A DNA stretch of 49,175 nucleotides from Microbacteriaceae bacterium. GTDB lineage: Bacteria > Actinomycetota > Actinomycetes > Actinomycetales > Microbacteriaceae. Where the stretch lies: NCBI GenBank assembly GCA_035556395.1, contig DATMFB010000014.1, positions 1-49,175 on the forward strand. Direction: 5' to 3'. Shown piece after piece: positions 36,073 through 44,732 of the stretch. The notes below the pieces were generated by a model. That model was not told the origin of the DNA and searched no databases. It saw only the letters and a list, made by a program, of their open reading frames with translations. Each line of letters starts with the position of its first letter. Positions within the stretch are counted from its first letter, which is position 1. The position numbers and the translations under genes are program-made.

Positions 36073-36274
36073 GATCGGCACCTCCCTACCTTGCGATCGC
36101 TTCGAACGAGCAGGCGATTCTTCGAGTTTAGGTTGAGCCTTTGAACATTCCCAGGAGCTTGCGCCCAAAGGATGGGGCGCGCCGCGCCTTCGAACCTCCC
36201 GTCGGTAGACTGCGGACGTCGGCAGAGTGCTGTGCCCGCGCGTCGACGAACCCAACTGAGGAGCCGGTAAGCCG
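36073..36274. promoter_or_regulatory. Divergent promoter/operator region between the LGFP-protein gene and the 36275.. operon
   Basis: At 202 bp this is the largest non-coding gap in the window and it is locally A/T-richer. It contains the related 8-mers CTTCGAAC (36100), CTTCGAGT (36120), CTTTGAAC (36139) and CTTCGAAC (36188). A possible -10 TAAACT lies on the minus strand (comp. 36130..36125). Confidence 0.4.
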
Positions 36275-37732
36275 ATGACGTTAGACCGAGGGGCTGCCAC
36301 TCGGAGGCCCCGTCAACGCCCGGGATTGTGGGCACTCCTCGCATTCTCTGGCTCGCTGCTCATCTATCTCGCGGTAGCGTTCCCGAGGCTCGGCGAAACC
36401 CAGTTCTATGGGCTGGGAATCGATGCGAGCGTCCCCCATCTGATCGCGACCCTCGGGGGAAGCGACGCGGGCAGCTACACGACAATCGCCTACGACTTCC
36501 TCGACGGACGTATCGAGGACCAGAACCGCTGGATCCTCAATCTCTGGCCTCCGGGCGTGCCGTTCCTCCTGTGGTTCATCATGCTCGTCAACGACGGCAC
36601 CCTCCCGATCGTCCCGTTCGTCGTGATCACCGGCGTTGTGTGGTCCGCGGCCCTCGCATTGCTTGCCTGGCTGCTCATCCATCGGCGAGCGTTTATGGTG
36701 CTCGGGCTGTTCTCGCTTGCCTGGCTGTTGACGCCGCTGCTGACTGGTTGGATCGTGCAAGGTGGCGCAATCTCGAGCGACGGCATTTCCGCCGCGCTTA
36801 CTGCAGTGCTCGCACTCGGTTTGCTCCTCATCGGCGAGCCCGAGTTCGACAGCGTTCGAGGGTTGCGGCGCCATCTCTATTTCGGCGCACTCGGCTTGCT
36901 GCTCGGCGTCCTGTGTCTGTTCCGAGTCACCTGGCTCTTCGCGATCCTTGCGTCGGCAGGGGCGCTCGTGCTCTACCTCTCGATTCGAGCGATCGTTCGG
37001 GTCGTTCGGCGCCACCGGCACACCGATTCAGCGCCCAAACCACTCGCTCGAACCTTGCCATGGATCGCGGCAGCCGTCGGCTTCGCGATCGTCGTCGTGC
37101 CCTGGACCGGAGTCGTCGGCCGCGTAGTCCATCCTGGAAACTACAGCTGGTCCCAGGGCGACTACCAGCTCGCGCAAGCATGGATGACCGACGAGCGCCT
37201 TGCCGAACTGAATGCCGACTTCCTCATCGATGGCGAAGTGAACTATGCCTGCAAGCTCGACCCCGTGCAGTGCGCAGAGATCGAGGCGACAGAGAGCGCC
37301 ATGGAAGTCCCCTACGGCGGGCTTGGCGCGAACTCGTTCGCCGACTTCGGCAAGCGCGCGGTGCTCACCGCACTCGCCAACCCGATTCCATTCGTCGGCG
37401 CTCGATCCGCGACGACATTCGTCACGTGGATGAGTACGCCGGGCGAGCGAGTCGGCGCGTGGTCAAACGTACCGTTCGGCATCGTGAGCCTGATCGCGTT
37501 CCTCAGTTCCCTCGTCCTTCTCGTTTGGCAGAGCGCGCGCGGGCGCAGCGCAGCGTTCTTCCTGCTCATGCTCACCGGTGCGAATCTCGGTTTGATCTGG
37601 CTGAGCCATTTTGAGACCCGGTATCTCTTGCCGCTTCAGGTCATCGGACTCGTCGTCGTGGCGGTCTACGCCTCGCGCCGCGAGTCCAGCGCCTGGCGCC
37701 GATTGTTGCACCGACAGGAGACAGCACGATGA
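36275..37732 (+). CDS. Polytopic membrane protein, GT-C-like glycosyltransferase candidate
   Basis: 485 aa with about 11-12 hydrophobic helices. First loop has acidic residues ([25 protein letters not shown]). A central soluble loop of about 90 aa contains Cys residues ([15 protein letters not shown]). TTA appears as codon 3. Confidence 0.7.
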   Translation: MTLDRGAATRRPRQRPGLWALLAFSGSLLIYLAVAFPRLGETQFYGLGIDASVPHLIATLGGSDAGSYTTIAYDFLDGRIEDQNRWILNLWPPGVPFLLWFIMLVNDGTLPIVPFVVITGVVWSAALALLAWLLIHRRAFMVLGLFSLAWLLTPLLTGWIVQGGAISSDGISAALTAVLALGLLLIGEPEFDSVRGLRRHLYFGALGLLLGVLCLFRVTWLFAILASAGALVLYLSIRAIVRVVRRHRHTDSAPKPLARTLPWIAAAVGFAIVVVPWTGVVGRVVHPGNYSWSQGDYQLAQAWMTDERLAELNADFLIDGEVNYACKLDPVQCAEIEATESAMEVPYGGLGANSFADFGKRAVLTALANPIPFVGARSATTFVTWMSTPGERVGAWSNVPFGIVSLIAFLSSLVLLVWQSARGRSAAFFLLMLTGANLGLIWLSHFETRYLLPLQVIGLVVVAVYASRRESSAWRRLLHRQETAR

Positions 37733-38667
37733 CGCGGACCCTCGTAACTGGTGGAGCAGGCTTCATCGGCAGCCATGTCGTCAGAGAGCTGCTGTCCCGA
37801 GGTCATGAGGTCGTCACTCTCGATTGCATGCTCGACGAGTCGTACTCGGCCGAGATAAAACGCAGCGTCTGGACCGAGGTCACGCAGCTCCCAGGAGTGA
37901 CCGGATATGAGCTCGATCTACGAACTGACGACCTCGCCCCCGCGTTCGACGGGGTGACGCACGTGGTCAACGAAGCGGGAATGCCCGGGCTCATCCGCTC
38001 GTGGGACGACCTCGGGCTCTACATCGACTGTAATCTCCTCGCGCTCGACCGCCTCATGTCCGCCGCGACAGCGGCGGGCGTCGAACGATTCGTGCAGGTG
38101 TCGACCTCATCGGTCTATGGCGCATCCGCGATCGGTCCCGAGACCGCTCCGACCGAGCCCGTGTCGCCATACGGAGTGTCAAAGCTTGCCGCCGAGAAGC
38201 TACTGCTGGCACACCACGCGAACTTCGGCTTTCCCGGGGTGATTCTCAGGTACTTCTCCGTCTACGGGCCGCACCAGCGACCCGACATGGGATACAACCG
38301 GTTCATCGAAGCTGTGCTCGACGGACGTCCCATCAACGTGCACGGCGACGGGCTCCAGACGCGGACGAACACGTTCGTCACGGATTGCGCGTCGGGCACG
38401 GCGAGCGCACTCGAATCGGCGCGCGTCGGCGAAATCTACAACATCAGTGGGACCTGGTCGATCAGTGTCCTCGAGGCGCTCGATCTCATATCGGATGCGC
38501 TCGGCAAGCCGCACGAAGTCAGGTTTGTGGCCAAGCGTCCCGGCGATCAGCTCGATACAAACGGTGATGTGAGCAAGGCGCGTGCCGAGCTTGGCTATGC
38601 TCCGAGCATCCAGCCGGCGGAAGGCCTTGCTCGACAAGCGCACTGGCAGCGAAGCAGACGTCGATGA
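37729..38667 (+). CDS. NAD-dependent sugar-nucleotide epimerase/dehydratase (extended SDR)
   Basis: 312 aa, with an ATGA overlap on the upstream gene. [24 protein letters not shown], and YGVSKLAAE. Confidence 0.85.
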   Translation: MTRTLVTGGAGFIGSHVVRELLSRGHEVVTLDCMLDESYSAEIKRSVWTEVTQLPGVTGYELDLRTDDLAPAFDGVTHVVNEAGMPGLIRSWDDLGLYIDCNLLALDRLMSAATAAGVERFVQVSTSSVYGASAIGPETAPTEPVSPYGVSKLAAEKLLLAHHANFGFPGVILRYFSVYGPHQRPDMGYNRFIEAVLDGRPINVHGDGLQTRTNTFVTDCASGTASALESARVGEIYNISGTWSISVLEALDLISDALGKPHEVRFVAKRPGDQLDTNGDVSKARAELGYAPSIQPAEGLARQAHWQRSRRR

Positions 38668-39641
38668 CCGACGAAGCACCTGGGGCCGATCGCTCGAACG
38701 CCCTCGAGCACCCGGCGCGCCAGAAGCGCAACCGGCGGATGATTCTCCTGCAGTCGGTCATCGCCGCTGGCTTTCTCATCGCGATCGGGTTCTGGGTGGC
38801 CCTGAACTGGTCGACGGTCGCGAACACCTTCTTGTCGATGTCACTTGGCGCGATCGCGGGAGGGGTCCTCGCCGCAACCGCCGGACTTGGCGCGAGCGCG
38901 ATGGCATGGCGCGCCGTACTCCGGTCGCTCGGCCAGCCTGCCGGAATCGTGCCAGCCTCGGTCGTCTATCTCGTCGGTCAGCTCGCGAAGTTCATCCCAG
39001 GCGGCTTCTGGGCATTCATCTACCAAGTCGCGCTCGGGATGCGTCGGGGACTTGCCAAGACCCCGACGTTGCTCGCGGGACCGATTGCGGCGGGCGTGTC
39101 CCTCGCGATGGGCGCGGTCGCCTGCAGTTTCGGTCTCGCACGGCTCGATATTCCGTTGCCGTGGCTGTATCCGATCCTCGGGGCGCTCCCGGTGATCGCC
39201 GCGATAGTCTGGCCGCCGTTCGTGAATCGAATCGTCCGATGGGGCCTTCGCGTCCTGCGCCGCGGGGAACGCGATATTCGCTTCACTCGAATCGGAATTG
39301 CGGAGATCATCGGGTGGTCGCTGCTCTCGTGGTTCTGCTACGGGCTCCAACTCCTCCTGCTCGTCTCTGGCGAGCAGCATCCGCTCACGATCCTGGGGAC
39401 GACGGCGATCATGGCCGCGGCGCAAAGCCTCGGGTTCCTCGCATTCATCTTCCCCTCTGGAATCGGAGTCCGCGAGGGAGTCATCGTCGCGGGGCTCGCG
39501 GGAGTGGTCAGCCCGGCCGTTGCGCTGACGATCGCGCTCGCAGCACGTGCAACCTCGACGATGGCCGATCTCGTCGCGGCTGGCCTCGCACGAATCATCG
39601 AACTCGTTGTGACGAGGACTCGACCTAGCGCACCAGGCTAG
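38664..39641 (+). CDS. UPF0104 / lysyl-phosphatidylglycerol-synthase-TM-domain family membrane protein (MprF flippase-domain-like)
   Basis: 325 aa, with an ATGA overlap on the upstream gene and about 8 helices. [14 protein letters not shown] and [18 protein letters not shown] resemble the two P-x-G-x-G-(x)-(R)-E motifs of the family. Confidence 0.65.
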   Translation: MTDEAPGADRSNALEHPARQKRNRRMILLQSVIAAGFLIAIGFWVALNWSTVANTFLSMSLGAIAGGVLAATAGLGASAMAWRAVLRSLGQPAGIVPASVVYLVGQLAKFIPGGFWAFIYQVALGMRRGLAKTPTLLAGPIAAGVSLAMGAVACSFGLARLDIPLPWLYPILGALPVIAAIVWPPFVNRIVRWGLRVLRRGERDIRFTRIGIAEIIGWSLLSWFCYGLQLLLLVSGEQHPLTILGTTAIMAAAQSLGFLAFIFPSGIGVREGVIVAGLAGVVSPAVALTIALAARATSTMADLVAAGLARIIELVVTRTRPSAPG

Positions 39642-41860
39642 TTCGTCGAGGTGCCGGTCGACCCGAGCGCCGATTGGTCGACCGACTGGAAGTCGAGCGC
39701 GACCGTTGACACGACCGGCGAGCGCTTGCCCGTCCGGAGGAGCGGGATGACGTCAACGTACTCAAACGAGATCGCGGTATCCCCGATGTACTCCCGGAGC
39801 CGATCGATTACCTCGTCGAACCCGTGCTGCGTCCACTGCGAGCCCTTGACAATCTTGAGCGCGAACTCCCCGGGCTCATGCTGCACGATCTGGAAGAACG
39901 CAATGAGGTGCTCATAGTCCTTGAAGAAGTGGAGGAAGAACGCCCCTGGCATCCAGGTGCCGTTCGCGCAGTGCACGATCGCTTGGGTCCGACCCTCAAT
40001 CTTGCCGATACGAGGCATACTCCGTCCGCACGGGCATGGAACGCTCTCGTCGACGGCCGTCGCAAGGTCCCCGAGCCGATAACGAACGAGGGGTGTCGAG
40101 AAATTGTTGAGATCTGTGATGACGACCTCGCCGACCTCTCCCGGCTTTGCGGGCTCCCCTTCGACGAGCAACTCGACGATATAGCTCTCCGACATGACGT
40201 GGTGGTCACGCGACGCCTCGCACTGGTATGCGATTCCGGAGAACTCGCGACTTCCGTACTTGTCGTAGACCCGGGTGCCAAAGCCGCCTTCGATGACGTC
40301 GCGAATGTTGTCAGGCAGCGCCTGAGCCGATGACATCATCGCAGGAACCGAGAACCCGGGATCGTTGCCCTCGCGCACAAATGTCGCGAGGAAGTTGAGC
40401 GACTCCGCGTAGCCATCGACAAGGACCGGGCGATGCCGTCTGATGCGATCGATCATTCGGCGCAAGTTCGCCGCACTCAGCTCGAACGCGGGGATAAAGA
40501 GTCGCCGCATGAACCACGAGTCGATGCGTTCGCGAATGATCTGACTTCGTGACATGCCGAGCGTCTGGTGCCACAGCCGAGCCTGGCGGTCACCGAACCG
40601 CCAGCCGGTCCACTCGAGAGCCCGCAGGGTCGTCGCGAAACGCACCTCGAGCTGGAACTGGTCGGCATACGTTGTCGTGGGCTCGCCGGTCGAGCCACTC
40701 GTGGAGATCTTGTGCATCTTCTTCTTGACGTGGTTGTCAGCGAAGAGATCGAAGTAGAGGTTGCGTCGAAGCTCCGGCTTGCTAAGCAGCGGCACTCGCG
40801 CAAGGTCTTCAGCACTCGTGACAGTCGATGGATCGAGCCCTGCCTCCTGAAAGACCTTGCGGTAGTACGGAACGTGCGTGAACGAGTGCTGGAGCAGGCG
40901 GCGAAGCTTCTCGGCCTGGAGATCCCGCATTTGGTCGGCAGGGAGATACTCGGTCTGCTTGAGCTGGAGATAGATTGCCCTGGCATTCCGACGAATGAGC
41001 CACTTATGAAACGGCATCGTCATGAAGAAGAGTTCAAACCACGCCCGGCGCCAGCCCCGATATGGGTGCGGAGCGCTTGGGAGCGGCTGTCGCGTCGGCA
41101 CGACGCTCCGGTCGCTCGGGCGAGAACGACCACGACCGAACTCGCCGAGTGCAACGGGGATGTCGACCAGAGCCTCCGCTGTGACCTTGAGCATGTTTCG
41201 ACCCTCGAGAAACGATTTGCCTGCGTATCGCGGGAAGAACAGCGTTTCGACCTCGACCACCGAGTAGCCGTGGGAGCGCGCTGACACTCGAATGAACGTC
41301 TGGAAATGGCGATACCGCTTGCGGTGGTGGAGGATCTCGCGCATGACAAGTCTCGGCGCGAGCACGAACCCGGACTTGTTGTCTTTCGCCCGATCTCCGA
41401 ATGACACGTTGAGAATCCAGTTGAGCACCCGCGATGAGAAGAGCCGGAAGCCGTCTTGACGCTCGATGTGGGAGCGGTAGCCCTGTGCGATATCCGCACG
41501 CGACTCCTGCAACGCCGCGTAGAGACGTGGGATGTCGGCAGGCGAATTCTGCAAGTCGGCGTCGATGAGCACGACATAGCTACCGCGCGCGATCGACACC
41601 CCTGTCGTCCAGGCGACGGGGATGCCGCCGTTGACCTCATGCTGCTCGACTCGAACGACATCCGGGCGCGCCGCGCTCAGTTCGCTCAGGCGTTCCCAGG
41701 TCGCATCAAGGCTGCCATCGTCGACGAGCACGATCTCGTACGTGAGGCCTGCCTCAGAGAGCGCCTTGTCGACCTGATCGACGAGCGCGCCGACCGTCGC
41801 CTCCTCGTTGAAACACGGAACGACGACTGTCAGCTCGGGGAGGCTCGCAGTGTCAACCAT
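39638..41860 (-). CDS. Fusion protein: N-terminal GT2 polyprenyl-phosphate glycosyltransferase domain plus C-terminal PaaK/coenzyme-F390-synthetase-like (CapK-annotated) adenylate-forming domain
   Basis: 740 aa from ATG comp. 41860 (alternative ATG at 41899). N-terminal domain: LTVVVPCFNEEATV, LVDDGSLDAT, IDADLQNSPADIP. C-terminal domain: LLQHSFTHVPYYRKVFQEAGLDP..LARVPLLSKPELR, ISTSGSTGEPTTTY, YDKYGSREF, ITDLNNFSTPLVRYRLGDLA..CPCGR. There is no stop between the domains. Confidence 0.8.
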   Translation of the reverse strand: MVDTASLPELTVVVPCFNEEATVGALVDQVDKALSEAGLTYEIVLVDDGSLDATWERLSELSAARPDVVRVEQHEVNGGIPVAWTTGVSIARGSYVVLIDADLQNSPADIPRLYAALQESRADIAQGYRSHIERQDGFRLFSSRVLNWILNVSFGDRAKDNKSGFVLAPRLVMREILHHRKRYRHFQTFIRVSARSHGYSVVEVETLFFPRYAGKSFLEGRNMLKVTAEALVDIPVALGEFGRGRSRPSDRSVVPTRQPLPSAPHPYRGWRRAWFELFFMTMPFHKWLIRRNARAIYLQLKQTEYLPADQMRDLQAEKLRRLLQHSFTHVPYYRKVFQEAGLDPSTVTSAEDLARVPLLSKPELRRNLYFDLFADNHVKKKMHKISTSGSTGEPTTTYADQFQLEVRFATTLRALEWTGWRFGDRQARLWHQTLGMSRSQIIRERIDSWFMRRLFIPAFELSAANLRRMIDRIRRHRPVLVDGYAESLNFLATFVREGNDPGFSVPAMMSSAQALPDNIRDVIEGGFGTRVYDKYGSREFSGIAYQCEASRDHHVMSESYIVELLVEGEPAKPGEVGEVVITDLNNFSTPLVRYRLGDLATAVDESVPCPCGRSMPRIGKIEGRTQAIVHCANGTWMPGAFFLHFFKDYEHLIAFFQIVQHEPGEFALKIVKGSQWTQHGFDEVIDRLREYIGDTAISFEYVDVIPLLRTGKRSPVVSTVALDFQSVDQSALGSTGTSTN

Positions 41861-42770
41861 TCCGCATCCAGCTCCATACTCGGTCGAGTCCATCTTCAAG
41901 TCCCACCCGGGGGCGCCACCCCGCCTTGGTCAGCAGGGCGGGGTCGCCCACACGAAACGTGCCCGCAGTCCAATCTGGCGGCAATGCGACCGGGGATCCC
42001 AGGTAGCCGACGACCTCCATCATGGTGTCGGTGAGTTGGTTGATCGTCGGTCCCTCGCCGGTCGCCACGTTGAATGTCCCACCATCGTGTCGATGCCCCG
42101 CGAGTTCGATCAATGCGTCGATGCAGTCGTCGATGTAGACGTAGTCGAGAGCCTGCTCGCCGTCGCCTTTGATCGTTGGAGCGAGACCCGCTGCGAGACG
42201 TTCGAAGTTGGTCATGATGACCGACTTGTACCCGCCCTCTGCATACTGATTCGGTCCGTAAATGAAGAACAGGCGTGCGACGGTCCAGGCGAAGGGCGTG
42301 TCCCGGTCGATCGCGCGCAGCAGGTGCTCACCCATGAGCTTTGACGCGCCGTAGTGGGTTCGCGGAGCCGGCAAATCAGTCTCGCGCATCACCTCTGGGC
42401 CGACCGCGCCATAGGCGTAGAGAGACGACGTGAACACGAGCTTGTCGACCGAGACGGCAGCTGCCCGGAACAAGCGTTCGGTCGCGACGACATTGACATC
42501 AAGCACCCGCTCAGGGGTGGCGTGTGATGAGTTGTACTTCTCCGCTGCGAGATGAAAGACGACATCGACGCCCTTGAGGCGCTCCATCCAGTCGGACAGG
42601 CTGAAAGCCTCAATGCCTCGCGTGTCCCGCTCGGCGGCAGCGGCGACCCGATCCCAACGGCCCGAGCGCTCGTTGTCGACCACCACGACGCGATGCCCAT
42701 CCCCGAGGAGGCGGTCGACGAGATGATGTCCGATGAAGCCGGCGCCGCCGGTTACAAGATACGTCGTCAT
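41853..42770 (-). CDS. NAD-dependent sugar-nucleotide epimerase/dehydratase (extended SDR)
   Basis: Start at [22 protein letters not shown] (ATG comp. 42770). YGASKLMGE. The upstream 203 codons of ORF 41853..43379 overlap the GT2 gene and are rejected. Confidence 0.85.
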   Translation of the reverse strand: MTTYLVTGGAGFIGHHLVDRLLGDGHRVVVVDNERSGRWDRVAAAAERDTRGIEAFSLSDWMERLKGVDVVFHLAAEKYNSSHATPERVLDVNVVATERLFRAAAVSVDKLVFTSSLYAYGAVGPEVMRETDLPAPRTHYGASKLMGEHLLRAIDRDTPFAWTVARLFFIYGPNQYAEGGYKSVIMTNFERLAAGLAPTIKGDGEQALDYVYIDDCIDALIELAGHRHDGGTFNVATGEGPTINQLTDTMMEVVGYLGSPVALPPDWTAGTFRVGDPALLTKAGWRPRVGLEDGLDRVWSWMRNG

Positions 42771-42786
42771 TGTTTTGCTTCCGAAA

Positions 42787-43758
42787 CTAGTCACGCTCAC
42801 GTGGCCGCATAGCTGCGCCCGAGCCAGCCAGCGCGATGAGCTCAGCCAGGCTAGCGCGATCGATGCCCAACTCTTCGAGCGCAACATCGCCGCGCGTGGC
42901 GAGATCGTCGAACAAGTCGTCGAGCCCGTACCGAACGAGCCCGGGCAACTGGCTGCAAAGCCGCACCAAGAGGCGACGAATCGCGATGGGGGCGCCCTCG
43001 GCTCGGCTCGGCACCGAGCCCAGCCGAACGAGCATGCTCTCGTCCGCGGTGCCGATGAACCGGTTGCGGATCCAATCGCGCTCGAATGACTCACGCCACA
43101 CCCGCGGTGAATACCCCGAGTACTCCCGAGACAGATTGCCCGCGTGCTTTCGGTACTCGACAACCGGCTCACCGAGGCGGACGATCTGACCTCGTGCGGC
43201 GAGCTCGAGCCACAGCGCGTAGTCCTGCAACTGATCGACGTTCGAAGGGAAGCCGCCAGCATCGAGGTAGTCCGTCCGCCGGACTGCTGCGGACGGAGCG
43301 CAGATGAAATTTCCGTCGAAGAACAGAATCCGGAGCGGGTCCTCGCCCTCAAACCCCTGGAACTCAGCGGCGACCTCATCCGGCAGCCGCTGACCGACCG
43401 CGTTGATGACGACCGGGGGTGAATGCACGAGGGTTACGCGCGGATCGCGGAGCCGCTCAGCCGAAGCGCGAGCACGTCCTGGAATCGTCCGGTCGTCGCC
43501 GCCCTGGATCAGGACGATCTCGGCGTCGAGCGCCTCAACCGCCGCGTTGTACGCCTCCGAAACGCCACGCGGCCGGGCGCGCCGGATCGCTCGGAATCCA
43601 AGTTCACGAGCGAGCGCAGCGACAAGTTCGCCGGACCCGTCGGAGGACCCATCGTCGACGACGACGAGCTCATCTGTCTCAGCCGCGAGCGACCTGATCG
43701 CCTCCTCCGCCCAATGAATCTGATTGTGTATCGCGACGACCCCTCCGACACGCGTCAT
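42787..43758 (-). CDS. Glycosyltransferase family 2
   Basis: 323 aa. VVAIHNQIHWAEEAIRSL, LVVVDDGSSDGS, and LIQGGDDRT. Confidence 0.78.
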   Translation of the reverse strand: MTRVGGVVAIHNQIHWAEEAIRSLAAETDELVVVDDGSSDGSGELVAALARELGFRAIRRARPRGVSEAYNAAVEALDAEIVLIQGGDDRTIPGRARASAERLRDPRVTLVHSPPVVINAVGQRLPDEVAAEFQGFEGEDPLRILFFDGNFICAPSAAVRRTDYLDAGGFPSNVDQLQDYALWLELAARGQIVRLGEPVVEYRKHAGNLSREYSGYSPRVWRESFERDWIRNRFIGTADESMLVRLGSVPSRAEGAPIAIRRLLVRLCSQLPGLVRYGLDDLFDDLATRGDVALEELGIDRASLAELIALAGSGAAMRPRERD

Positions 43759-44624
43759 CGCACGACCACCCGCTGCGCATCGACGATGAACTGCCTTCCG
43801 ACGGGGAGCATTGGCGCTCCGCGATCCATGAGCGCATCGGCCTGAATCGCCGTCGCCGGCACCACAAGCCCCCCGACGGAGACTTCGAGGTCGTCGACGA
43901 CCGATGCACGCCGCAGGAACAAGATCGTCCCTGCCTCGACCTGGTCCCCGACCGCGATCCCGAGCACGCCCTGTTGGGAGCGCACGAGGGTGCCGTCGCG
44001 ACTCACGACGTCGTCACCAGAAACCAACTCGGCTGCAGCATCGGCGAGCATGAATCCGCCTGCCACGTGGTAGCGGCCCGCTCCCCACTCCTTAGTCGCC
44101 GAATGGGCTGCTTGGGCAGCCCAGAAGCGGAGTGCGCCGAGCCGAATCAGCCCGGGGTGCCGCAGCGCGAGCAGACCTGCCGCTGTCCGCACTGGATCCG
44201 GGGCAGTCGCGAGGTCGATCGTCCCGAGTCGCGAGCGCACCCACGGCTCGCTTGGCCGGTCTCGCAGGATCTGCACGACCGGGTGCGTTCGACCGTCCCA
44301 TGGTCCGGACTCCATGAAGCGCTCGACATCGAGATACGGGCTCGGCGACAGTCCCCAGCGAGCACGATCCCCGAGATACGTGTCGAACACCTCGGCGAGC
44401 CGCACGTCCGGCATTTGCGCGGCGAGCCGCGCAACATCGACAAATGGGTGGGGACTGCGACCCTCGAACTTGCCGTATCGCGTGAAGTGGCGGTGCGCGC
44501 GGCGAATGTTCGCTACGTCCGGGTATGCGAGGCGATAGTACGCGGCGAGGAATAGCACGTCTTGCGGTCTCCTCATCGCGGCTCGGAGCCGCAACGTGTT
44601 GAGCACGCGTGACGGGAATGCCAT
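43755..44624 (-). CDS. Hypothetical protein (no recognisable family), first gene of the minus-strand operon
   Basis: 289 aa, with its stop overlapping the next gene's start (ATGA). It contains YYRLAYPDVANIRRAHRHFTRYGKFEGRSPHPF, a motif type seen by eye in uncharacterised polysaccharide-cluster proteins. Codon usage matches its neighbours. Confidence 0.55.
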   Translation of the reverse strand: MAFPSRVLNTLRLRAAMRRPQDVLFLAAYYRLAYPDVANIRRAHRHFTRYGKFEGRSPHPFVDVARLAAQMPDVRLAEVFDTYLGDRARWGLSPSPYLDVERFMESGPWDGRTHPVVQILRDRPSEPWVRSRLGTIDLATAPDPVRTAAGLLALRHPGLIRLGALRFWAAQAAHSATKEWGAGRYHVAGGFMLADAAAELVSGDDVVSRDGTLVRSQQGVLGIAVGDQVEAGTILFLRRASVVDDLEVSVGGLVVPATAIQADALMDRGAPMLPVGRQFIVDAQRVVVR

Positions 44625-44732
44625 TGCCCTAGTCTGCCGCAGCCGTGCGGCGGAGGGCTGTGCACGACAGCCGATTGCGACGAGGCTGGTGGTACGCTGG
44701 CGAGCGCATTCGAGCGGGAGGTCGGCAGGTCA

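Noticed and set aside
44635-44672. Two adjacent small hairpins: GCCGCAgccgTGCGGC at 44636..44651 and GGCTGTgcacgACAGCC at 44656..44672
   Set aside because: They lie between two divergent start codons (44624 on the minus strand, 44733 on the plus strand), so they cannot be terminators. The stems are only 6 bp with no U-tract. They might be a leader structure or an operator, but the evidence is too thin to call.
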